The translations under genes were made by a program, and so were the position numbers. The notes beneath the pieces are model-generated. The model made no database searches. It saw nothing but the letters and a program-made list of their open reading frames with translations, and was not told the DNA's origin. This document shows positions 1 through 7,390 of a DNA stretch of 32,000 nucleotides, in pieces (position 1 is the first letter of the stretch; every line of letters begins with the position of its first letter). The DNA lies in the NCBI GenBank assembly GCA_963704435.1, contig OY969902.1:820978-852977 (forward strand). The letters run 5' to 3'. This DNA comes from an uncultured archaeon (GTDB lineage Archaea; Micrarchaeota; Micrarchaeia; Micrarchaeales; CABMGC01).

Positions 1-3000
1 ATCGCGTAGTTGTCGACGTAGTAATCCATCTGCTCCGTCGCGTTCATCACCACCTGCGTGTTGGACGCGCAGTTCAGCCCGCTCCCGGGCGCAGGCAGGC
101 ACATCGTGTCGTTAACGTGGATATCGCCCACGAGCCTGTTGTTCTCTATGCTGTACAGCAGCTGCGGCGGGATTATCGCTCCGGCGTCCGACAGGTTGGG
201 CACGTACAGCGAGCTGGTCGCCAGGTTCTGGAGGTAGGTTGCCCCTCCCTCGACCAGGGCACTCAGCGAGTCGGAGTTCGCGTCGACTATGGCGTAGCTG
301 TATACGGTGTTAGTGGCGGTGACGGTGCCGCTGGGCACCGCCTGGTTCGGGGCGTAGCACTCCGCCGAGCCCAGAGTCGTCTGAGGCAGAGGGCAGGTGC
401 ATGGCCCCGATCCCGAGCAGCAGCACGATGGGGTGTATACGGTGGACTCCTTCGAAGTGTCCTCCTGCGCGTTCTGCCAGCTCTCGGTCATGGTGTACTG
501 GTACTCGTAGGGCACTATGACGTAGCCGCTCATCGTGCTCGTAAGCGTCTCGGGCGTGATGACTGTTTTCGGTGCCGGAGGCTCGTTCTCGCTCACGACG
601 ACCAGGCTCTGGCTCGACTGAGTGTTATGGGAGGTGTCGACCGCGACGACGTTGTATGCGCCCGGGCTCAGTATGTTGCACAGGCCGCCGCTGGTGGGTA
701 TCGTATAGGTCGCGGACCCCGTCCCCGGAGACGATGCGATCTCCAGGTTGTTCTCCTGCAGGTTATAGATAGAGAGGGTGACGCCATCCGTGCTGGAGGG
801 CGCGTTGGCGGTCAGCACGTCCTGGGGAGTGCATCCCGCTGTCTGGCTGTAGTCTATCTCCGTGCTGGTCATCGTGATCACAGGGGTCGCCTCGACCTTC
901 AGCGTTGCCAGTGTCGTGGACATTGTGTTCGTGTCCGTCGCCGTAACCGCGTAGCTTCCCGGGGCCAGGCAGTCTGCCGGCACATCGCATATCACGTACG
1001 ACACGGTGCCGGTGCCGCTGGCGACGGGATTGCCTCCATTTATGTACAGGTTCACGTTGTCGGTGCCGGTCGCAGCCGTGGACGATATCTGGTCTATCTG
1101 GCCCCAGTCTACCGGAGCCTGCTGTATCGTGAGGGACGGCTGTCCCGCGTCGTTTATCCCCTGGCTGCTGCCTGTGCTGCTCTGCGGCAGGGACGAGTAG
1201 ACTTGCCCCTCGAACTTCAGGATGCTCGCCGTGGATCCGAAGCTCTCGATATAGGTCATCGGGTTCGTGAGCGTGTACGTCGGCCCCTGCATGTTGGACA
1301 CCTGCGCGAGCTGGCTGCAGCTCCCTCCCTGCTGCGTGCTGGTGTAGCACGTGTAAGGCACGCCCCCGCCGAACAGCTTGGTGTAGTTCTCCACGTCAAG
1401 CTGCGCGCTGAGCAGCTCCGGGAATTGGTAGCTGGTCCCGCTGAGGAGCAGGGTCACCGTGTGGTTGAAGTTTACCGAGAAGCCCACGTTTGGGTAGCTG
1501 TAGCTTTGCGGGAGCATCGGGCCCGCGGCAGGATAGTCCGCGGAATAAGCGGACGGCATGCTGCCCGGATGGTAGGTGCAGCTTGCCGAAGAGCAGAACG
1601 TGATCGGAGCGCCTCCTGTCACCTGCACGCTTGCGGACAGAATCCACCCGTACGGCGGGTACGTCGCGCTTGAAGTGTAGGACCCTGTAGTCAGGCTGTA
1701 GTAGTTCGCGGATTTGGTCGCCGTGCCCTCGCACGAGAAGGCGTAGTTCTTTGTCAGCCCCTGCGTCCATATATTGCACCCGAGCAGGCCGCTGGTGTCC
1801 ACCCATTGGCATACGCCTTGAGGCCCGCAGTCTCCGGCCGGCGGCGCCACGTCAGATGTTTGGCAGTTCAGGTCCGAGGGGTTGCTCACCCCGCACGGCT
1901 GCTGCCACATGTCGTTGACGAGCGTCGGGTTTATCGGGAGGTTGGCGCCCGTTGAGTTCAGCATCCTTATCGAGAGCAGGTTGAGGTTCGTGGCCCTCGA
2001 CCCCCCGAGGCACCAAAACAGGAACTGAGTGCACCCTCCCACCATGCCGAGGCCGGCGTTCCAGTCGTCAAGAACGTACAGGTAGCCGTTGACGTCCTGC
2101 AGGCCGAGCGGGTGATGGTAGCTGTCGATATCGTAGTCGTACGCGGCGTCAGAGTAGGAGACTCCCCCACTGCCCAGCACGTTCGACGGATCGCTTCCGA
2201 CCCCGTCGAATTTCAGCCCGAACAGTCCGCCCTTGTAGAGGTAGTCGGAGATGTTCAGCTCCCCTCCACCTCCCGTATACGCAAGGTCCACCGGGCCTTC
2301 ATAGGTCAGGCTTGGGCCGAAGGAGTATATGACCCCGTCAGACGGGCTGGCCGTGAAGACGAGTCCTCCTGTGGGACTGGCCGCAATCTCTTGAGTGGCG
2401 GGCAGGTTGTTAGCGTCGTCGATGTCGGACGTGACGATGTTCATGTCTCCCGTGCCGAGCGTGTTGGTGACCTCGATGACTACTGTGTATTTGCTCAGCA
2501 GCCCGGCCCCCGAGGGAGCGGTAAAATAGTTCTGCGCCACGATGAACACGTCGCCGTTGGCGTCCGTGCTGATGTTGAACGGAGTGAAGCCGAGACTGGC
2601 TAGCTTCGGGTCATCTTCAGTGACGAGCGCGTTTAAGTCGATGGAGTTCAACAGGTACATATTCTGGTCCTGCACCGTGATTACGTTGCCCCAGAACGCG
2701 CTCCAGCCGTTCGCGAATTCCGCCGGATTCGACGTGTCAGGGACGTCGGGCTGCAGGTTCGCGCCGTTGTAGTAGCCCTTCGGTATGGGCTGCAGTATGT
2801 TGAGGCAGTAGTCCCCCCCGGCCTCGCTTATCACCCCGCTCTCTGTGCCGCACAGACCGGTAGACTGGTTCAGGACGAAGACGTAGCCTGTGGCTGTGCC
2901 GGTCACGGATATGGGATTCGATATGGTGGGGTTTAACAGGCCGCTTGTCGGCGCCTCCGGGATGCCTAGCAGGAGCTCCAAAGCGTTCTCGATCGGGCTC

Positions 3001-4625
3001 GCTGCCGATGTTATCTCTGCGCCCAGCTTCGTAAGCGATGTGTACCAGTTGTCGACGACTGCGCTCTCGGCGTCCAATCCGCTTCCCAGCAGGACGCTGC
3101 TGCTTAGCGAATTCACGGGCTGCGAAAGCAGGAAGCCCTTGTAGTTGACGAAGAACGCGTCCGAGGTGTTTACAGGATACATCTCTATGCTGTTCCCAGG
3201 CGTATAGTAGTTGAACGGGCTGAATACGTCGTAGGACCTCGACATCGTCTGGCTGTAAGGGGCGGGCATGGTGAACCCAAGCGAAAAGCGAGGCACGATT
3301 TTCGATGTGAACGACCCTGTCGTCGGAGGCGATGCGGAGGGGTTTGTCACCTCGGTGAAAGGTATCGCGACGTTGTGAATAGAGTCGAGCGTCGTCGTGA
3401 CCGCGAGCGTATATTTCACCGCGCACGACCAGTCCCATACCGCAGGGGAGCAGTCGCTGTTTCCGCAGCTCGGCGGCGCGAACATCAGGTTGTTCCAGTC
3501 GTAGGTGGTCTCGAGGTTCTGCAGGTCGAACACCTGGCTGTCTATCTGCGCGTTGTCGTCGAAATCTGCGAACTCCGCCGACCACGTCCATATCAGGTGC
3601 TGCGCAGACAGCGGGATCTGCTTGAAGATATATGTATTGGTCGAGAAGCCGCTGGATATCACGCCCTGTGAGCCCCCTGACGACAGCATGGGCGAATATG
3701 CGAACAGGCTGAAACTGGCGCTGGCGGGCGTGCTGACGCTCAGCTTGTTGTCCACTACGGCGTTAGCGACGGAGTCTCCGAGAATGACGTCGTAGCAGTC
3801 TGGGAGCCCGCCGCCGCAGTCGTCGCAGATGTTCTGGGAGTCGATGGTGTAGCCGATGCTTCCGATGTCCGTCTTGAGCGTGACCTTGGTGTTCAGGGTC
3901 GCAGGCCCCGTATTGTAGCACGCGTCGCCGGCAAGGTTCGCGACCGCGCCCGTGTAGAAGTAGCTGTTGTCCGTAGGGTTCGCGGCCGGCTTTGATACGG
4001 GGCACGTGAGCAGGCCGCCGGTATTCCCCACATTGTAGTTATTCACGTCGCTCGCGGGCGAGCTCAGCGTAGGCCCGGCCGTTGTTGGCGACGGCGGCTG
4101 CGCCCCGGATTTGCTGAAACTGGTTTCGATTGTCTCGGTGATGTAGCACGGCGACGGCGCTCCTCCAGACGAGTCGATATCCAAGGTCGAGCCGCTGCAC
4201 GAGTTGCTCTGCGGCCCAGAGCTGCAGAAGTTGAGACACCCTTCCGCGGTGCCGGTGCTCTCTGCGGGTATCGTCGAGGTTGTGGTCGTGCCGGTGCTGG
4301 TCGTGGTGGTGCCCGTGGACGTTGTGCTGCTGGCCGTCGACGTAGTGGTGGTGGCAGTTGTCGTCGTGGAGATCTCGCAATCAGTCGGAGTTCGAGGGCA
4401 AGAGCACGGTCCATTGTTTCCGTTGACGCACGTGCCGGACCCTGTGTAGTAGCATCCCAGGCAGCACGGCGAGCAGCTGCCTCCCACGCAGTAGGGCATG
4501 CCTGAACTGCATAGGCAGTCCGCGTCGGTGCTGCACGCTCTAGCCATGCCGCTGAGCGCGATCAGGATCAGAAACAGAGCGGAACCGAATAAAACAAGCC
4601 CAGCCCGTTCGTTTCGCTTTCGCAT
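1..4625 (-). CDS. Giant secreted Cys/Thr/Asn-rich cell-surface protein, N-terminal part only (>1,540 codons; C-terminus lies left of the window)
   Basis: Not in the supplied ORF track. Manual minus-strand translation from ATG 4625..4623 stays open to position 1, and I spot-checked the frame at about 10 places. An in-frame TGA at 4640..4638 bounds the start. The track has no ORF in this frame anywhere in 1-4625, and only Arg/Gly/Ala-rich shadow ORFs in the other frames. The protein starts MRKRNERAGLVLFGSALFLILIALSGMARA (basic n-region + hydrophobic core + ARA, signal-peptide-like). Then comes a 13-Cys module CSTDADCLCSSGMPYCVGGSCSPCCLGCYY..., a Thr/Ser stalk, and a long N/S/T/Y/G-rich region. 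Codons are GC3-rich like the neighbouring genes. Confidence 0.8.
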   Translation of the reverse strand, partial: MRKRNERAGLVLFGSALFLILIALSGMARACSTDADCLCSSGMPYCVGGSCSPCCLGCYYTGSGTCVNGNNGPCSCPRTPTDCEISTTTTATTTTSTASSTTSTGTTTTSTGTTTTSTIPAESTGTAEGCLNFCSSGPQSNSCSGSTLDIDSSGGAPSPCYITETIETSFSKSGAQPPSPTTAGPTLSSPASDVNNYNVGNTGGLLTCPVSKPAANPTDNSYFYTGAVANLAGDACYNTGPATLNTKVTLKTDIGSIGYTIDSQNICDDCGGGLPDCYDVILGDSVANAVVDNKLSVSTPASASFSLFAYSPMLSSGGSQGVISSGFSTNTYIFKQIPLSAQHLIWTWSAEFADFDDNAQIDSQVFDLQNLETTYDWNNLMFAPPSCGNSDCSPAVWDWSCAVKYTLAVTTTLDSIHNVAIPFTEVTNPSASPPTTGSFTSKIVPRFSLGFTMPAPYSQTMSRSYDVFSPFNYYTPGNSIEMYPVNTSDAFFVNYKGFLLSQPVNSLSSSVLLGSGLDAESAVVDNWYTSLTKLGAEITSAASPIENALELLLGIPEAPTSGLLNPTISNPISVTGTATGYVFVLNQSTGLCGTESGVISEAGGDYCLNILQPIPKGYYNGANLQPDVPDTSNPAEFANGWSAFWGNVITVQDQNMYLLNSIDLNALVTEDDPKLASLGFTPFNISTDANGDVFIVAQNYFTAPSGAGLLSKYTVVIEVTNTLGTGDMNIVTSDIDDANNLPATQEIAASPTGGLVFTASPSDGVIYSFGPSLTYEGPVDLAYTGGGGELNISDYLYKGGLFGLKFDGVGSDPSNVLGSGGVSYSDAAYDYDIDSYHHPLGLQDVNGYLYVLDDWNAGLGMVGGCTQFLFWCLGGSRATNLNLLSIRMLNSTGANLPINPTLVNDMWQQPCGVSNPSDLNCQTSDVAPPAGDCGPQGVCQWVDTSGLLGCNIWTQGLTKNYAFSCEGTATKSANYYSLTTGSYTSSATYPPYGWILSASVQVTGGAPITFCSSASCTYHPGSMPSAYSADYPAAGPMLPQSYSYPNVGFSVNFNHTVTLLLSGTSYQFPELLSAQLDVENYTKLFGGGVPYTCYTSTQQGGSCSQLAQVSNMQGPTYTLTNPMTYIESFGSTASILKFEGQVYSSLPQSSTGSSQGINDAGQPSLTIQQAPVDWGQIDQISSTAATGTDNVNLYINGGNPVASGTGTVSYVICDVPADCLAPGSYAVTATDTNTMSTTLATLKVEATPVITMTSTEIDYSQTAGCTPQDVLTANAPSSTDGVTLSIYNLQENNLEIASSPGTGSATYTIPTSGGLCNILSPGAYNVVAVDTSHNTQSSQSLVVVSENEPPAPKTVITPETLTSTMSGYVIVPYEYQYTMTESWQNAQEDTSKESTVYTPSCCCSGSGPCTCPLPQTTLGSAECYAPNQAVPSGTVTATNTVYSYAIVDANSDSLSALVEGGATYLQNLATSSLYVPNLSDAGAIIPPQLLYSIENNRLVGDIHVNDTMCLPAPGSGLNCASNTQVVMNATEQMDYYVDNYA

Positions 4626-4648
4626 GCAAACGGTAACTCATCGAAGGC

Positions 4649-4665
4649 TATATATATAAAGTTTC
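4649..4665 (-). promoter_or_regulatory. TATA-box-like promoter element for the giant surface-protein gene
   Basis: The minus strand reads gaaacTTTATATATAtag. It is centred about 30 nt upstream of ATG 4625, inside the 49-nt spacer after the GT4 stop. The spacing suggests a leaderless or very short-leader mRNA. Confidence 0.4.
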
Positions 4666-4674
4666 AAACGCGGC

Positions 4675-5817
4675 TCAGGGACGCCCGTTCAGCCTTCGCA
4701 TTATGCCGGAGTAGACCTTTCCCGCGCGGTCCCCAGAGAACTCCTCGAGGACCTCCCTGCTTACGTCCTCGTTCTTCTTCTCGTCAACCCCGTACCTGCT
4801 TGAGATGGCGTTCAGCGCCCTGCCCAGCCTGCCTTCCTTCACCTCTATGCAGTACTTGCGCACCTCCCTCGGGATGGAGCTCGTGTCCATCACGACGACC
4901 GGCGTGCCCAGCGCGAGCGCCTCGAGCGCGACCAGCGACAGGCCCTCCCTCTCGCTCGGCATGACCAGCGCCTTGGATTCGCATATCTCCCTGTAGAGCC
5001 TCCGGGTGCTCAGCCCGTGCACGAAAGTGACCTTGCCCCGCGCCTTCTCGCGGGCAAGCCTCTCCAGCTTCTCAAGCTCCGGGCCCGTCCCCACCACGGT
5101 CAGCTTGGCGTCGGTCTCGGCTATCGCCTCTATGGCGAGCCCGACCCGCTTGTGCCCGACGAGCCTGTTTATCACTATGAACTTGTTCTTCCTGCGCGGC
5201 CTGTTGGCGGCCCTGAACCGGGATATCTCCGCGGCGTCGACAGCCGCAGGGAACACCACGACCCTTTCAGGGTCAACGCCGAACTCGCGCTCGAGCAGGC
5301 GCTTAGTCGTGCTTGCGTTCGCTATGCCCATGTCCGACGCGCGTGCGCACACCCTCTCGATGACGTAGCCTATGCTGCCTATGGTCCGCGAGTAGCCGGT
5401 CCAGAAGCTCTTGCTCCAGACCTCGTGCCACGTGACCACCAGCTTGGTGCGCCTCAGCCGGGTATAGAAGTATAGCGGCAGTATGTGCAGGAACGGGAAG
5501 GAGTCGGCGTCGACCATCTCGAACCTGTACGGCAGTATCTTGAAGAATACCTCGAATGCGAATGAGAGGGGCATGCGGGCGCTGCGCCTCTTGCCGGTGC
5601 TCGTATACATGCCCTGCCAGCCCACTGCCTCCCCGACGCAGTGGTATTTTATCCCCTTGAATGAGAATTCACGGCCGGCCATCCCGTCCCTGAACATGGT
5701 GAAGCAGTGGACATCGTCGCCCTGCTTGGCGAGCCTGTGCATTATTATGAACCGCCTGCGCTCTATGCCCCCGTTGAACCACGGATACGCGTTGTCTGAC
5801 ACGAATGCGATTCGCAC
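4675..5817 (-). CDS. Glycosyltransferase family 4 (GT-B fold)
   Basis: 380-aa track ORF. N-terminus MRIAFVSDNAYPWFNGGIERR is typical of GT4. The C-terminal half carries the E-x7-E signature (EREGLSLVALEALALGTPVVV). Co-oriented with and directly upstream of the giant surface-protein gene. Confidence 0.85.
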   Translation of the reverse strand: MRIAFVSDNAYPWFNGGIERRRFIIMHRLAKQGDDVHCFTMFRDGMAGREFSFKGIKYHCVGEAVGWQGMYTSTGKRRSARMPLSFAFEVFFKILPYRFEMVDADSFPFLHILPLYFYTRLRRTKLVVTWHEVWSKSFWTGYSRTIGSIGYVIERVCARASDMGIANASTTKRLLEREFGVDPERVVVFPAAVDAAEISRFRAANRPRRKNKFIVINRLVGHKRVGLAIEAIAETDAKLTVVGTGPELEKLERLAREKARGKVTFVHGLSTRRLYREICESKALVMPSEREGLSLVALEALALGTPVVVMDTSSIPREVRKYCIEVKEGRLGRALNAISSRYGVDEKKNEDVSREVLEEFSGDRAGKVYSGIMRRLNGRP

Positions 5818-5969
5818 GATATCGACCAGTGGCGTCTATAGCACGTTCAACTTTAAATTAGTTGCTTAATCCGCTGCAAATGGACCTGATCCGGAATGCG
5901 GCGGACAAATGAACAGGCTACGCGTTTCGATACGGTTTTATCCTTTCCTTCAGATAGTCCTATGAGCCC
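5818..5969. promoter_or_regulatory. Divergent promoter region (GT4 leftward, pilin-like LamG gene rightward)
   Basis: There are two AT-rich boxes in an otherwise GC-rich spacer. ctttaaatta (5851-5860) reads taatttaaag on the minus strand, about 35-40 nt upstream of ATG 5817. ggttttatcc (5934-5943) lies about 27-36 nt upstream of ATG 5970. Confidence 0.4.
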
Positions 5970-6827
5970 ATGCAGGATTCGAAACTCCATAAGAGCATCA
6001 GGTCGCAGTCCGCGATGGAGTACCTGATGACCTACGGATGGTCGATCCTCATAATCACGGTGATCCTGGGCGCGCTCTACAGCGTCGGCGCGTTCGGATC
6101 ATCGAACCTCGGACCGCGCGCACCTCCTGGAAACTGCAAGGTATTCCGGTCATCGGGAGAGGCCAACCTCGAGGGCACATGCGGCGGGGTCCTGCCCGAG
6201 TCAGTCGCGCAGTTCAACGGGCAGAGCAGCTACGTCAACATAGCTAACAACCCTTACATTCAACTAAACGGAGCATTTACCCTTTCATTCTGGTTGCGCG
6301 TAAATTCGGTTTCGGGAACAGGCTATGATGGTTCATTCAGCCAAGGCAATGGCTGGATTGTTTACTATGCCTGCGTAGGTGTGCTCTGTGGACCGAGTTA
6401 CAAACGAGCGGACACCACGGAACATTCCTGGGCGAGTCCCCCCGTTCTCAATCAGTGGAAATATTATGCAGTCACTTATGACGGAAGTGGAAAATTATAT
6501 TTATACGCCAATGGGAAACAGACTAATTATTTTCCAGGAGCACTCCCGACAGATTCCGATATGTCTCCGCTACTATTCGGGCGTGGGGACGATTATGGCA
6601 ATCAATTTCTTTCAAATGTCCAAATCTACAACACCTCCCTCGACGCCAATCAGATACAGACGCTCTACATCAAGGGCATAGGCGCCGCTCCGGTGGATCC
6701 ATACCACATCGTGGGCTGGTGGCCGCTCAACGCCAACGCGACCGACTACAGCGGCAACAACAACGCAGGGGTCGCGACGAACGTCATCTACACTGGCTCG
6801 TGGCTTTCGGGGTATACCCCTCCTTGA
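5970..6827 (+). CDS. Class III signal peptide (archaeal type IV pilin-like) protein with LamG/concanavalin-A-like lectin domain
   Basis: 285 aa. N-terminus MQDSKLHKSIRS|QSAMEYLMTYGWSILIITVILGALYSVGAF is a short basic leader followed by the QSAMEYLMTYGW hydrophobic helix typical of archaeal prepilin-peptidase substrates. The body matches the Laminin_G_3 pattern: FNGQSSYVNI...FTLSFWLRVNS...WKYYAVTYDGSGKLYLYANGKQ...LLFGRG...FLSNVQIYNTSLDANQIQTLY. Confidence 0.85.
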   Translation: MQDSKLHKSIRSQSAMEYLMTYGWSILIITVILGALYSVGAFGSSNLGPRAPPGNCKVFRSSGEANLEGTCGGVLPESVAQFNGQSSYVNIANNPYIQLNGAFTLSFWLRVNSVSGTGYDGSFSQGNGWIVYYACVGVLCGPSYKRADTTEHSWASPPVLNQWKYYAVTYDGSGKLYLYANGKQTNYFPGALPTDSDMSPLLFGRGDDYGNQFLSNVQIYNTSLDANQIQTLYIKGIGAAPVDPYHIVGWWPLNANATDYSGNNNAGVATNVIYTGSWLSGYTPP

Positions 6828-6893
6828 GCGGACCTCTGGCTTCCGCGGCGCCAGCCAATTCCGTCCTTTGCCGGATGCGTGTCGTTCGCCATG

Positions 6894-6908
6894 CATAAAT
6901 TTAAAAAA
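6894..6908 (+). promoter_or_regulatory. TATA-box-like element upstream of the Cys-Gly-repeat membrane protein gene
   Basis: cataaatttaaaaaa is centred about 37 nt upstream of ATG 6938. It is the only AT-rich stretch in the 110-nt spacer. Confidence 0.4.
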
Positions 6909-6937
6909 CTTCACATCCAGTCTTATGCAGTGGTTGG

Positions 6938-7384
6938 ATGAAATCGGAACAAAACTGGATAGCCTTCATCCTGGAGCTGGTAGGCAGTCTTGTCCTTCTC
7001 TGGACCGTGTTCGGGGGAGTCACTATGCTGCTGCCATCGATGGCTCCTGTATGGAGTACGGCAAACGGAGGGATATGGCTTCCTTTCTTCGTGGGAATTG
7101 CGACGATAGCGTCAGTGGCGCTGTTCTTCCTGAGCTTCGCTAACCTGGCCCCAATGTGCGGATGCGGTTGCGGATGCGGCTGTGGTTGTGGACACGGGCA
7201 CGGAGCAAAGAAGGCTGCGCTTGTCGCGGGAGTGACCCTTGTGGCCCTGACATGGGGCAACATGATGTGGATGGCTGGAGCGCTGATAGGCTTTGCCCTG
7301 GTCTACATCGGCATCATGTCGGCTGCGATGTCCTGCACCTGCGATGCGAGCATGCCGCAGAAGGCGCCCCCTAGGAAGAGGTAG
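6938..7384 (+). CDS. Small integral membrane protein (about 4 TM helices) with a (Cys-Gly)6(His-Gly)2 loop; no family recognised
   Basis: 148-aa track ORF. It has four hydrophobic segments: WIAFILELVGSLVLLWTVFGGVTMLL, IWLPFFVGIATIASVALFFLSF, AALVAGVTLVALTW and MAGALIGFALVYIGIMSAAM. The central loop is PMCGCGCGCGCGCGHGHGAKK and the tail is SCTCDASMPQKAPPRKR. It has its own TATA-like box and is followed by a long T-tract. Competing overlapping ORFs (6901..7263 minus, 7156..7374 plus) give low-complexity nonsense. Confidence 0.7.
   Translation: MKSEQNWIAFILELVGSLVLLWTVFGGVTMLLPSMAPVWSTANGGIWLPFFVGIATIASVALFFLSFANLAPMCGCGCGCGCGCGHGHGAKKAALVAGVTLVALTWGNMMWMAGALIGFALVYIGIMSAAMSCTCDASMPQKAPPRKR
7157..7204 (+). 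repeat. In-frame hexanucleotide tandem repeat (TGY GGN)x6 (CAC GGN)x2
   Basis: The sequence reads tgcgga tgcggt tgcgga tgcggc tgtggt tgtgga cacggg cacgga. It encodes CGCGCGCGCGCGHGHG in the frame of the 6938..7384 ORF. Confidence 0.9.
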
Positions 7385-7390
7385 GAGCTG

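Noticed and set aside
117-4449. Many track ORFs in 1-4450. Plus strand: 117..1673 (518 aa), 2112..2603, 3375..3671. Minus strand in two other frames: 763..1350, 1396..1812, 2737..3591, 4039..4380, 4064..4414.
   Set aside because: All overlap the single open minus-strand frame that starts at 4625. Their translations are Arg/Gly/Ala/Pro/His-rich low-complexity strings, typical of off-frame or antisense reading of GC3-rich genes. None has a recognisable motif, signal or promoter.
6901-7263. Minus-strand ORF reading the hexanucleotide repeat as PCPCPQPQPHPQPHPH, and plus ORF 7156..7374 reading it as MRMRLRMRLWLW.
   Set aside because: Both are overlapped by the 6938..7384 frame. That frame gives four clean TM helices, has a TATA-like box at the right distance and is followed by a terminator. 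The alternatives have no membrane or soluble domain logic.
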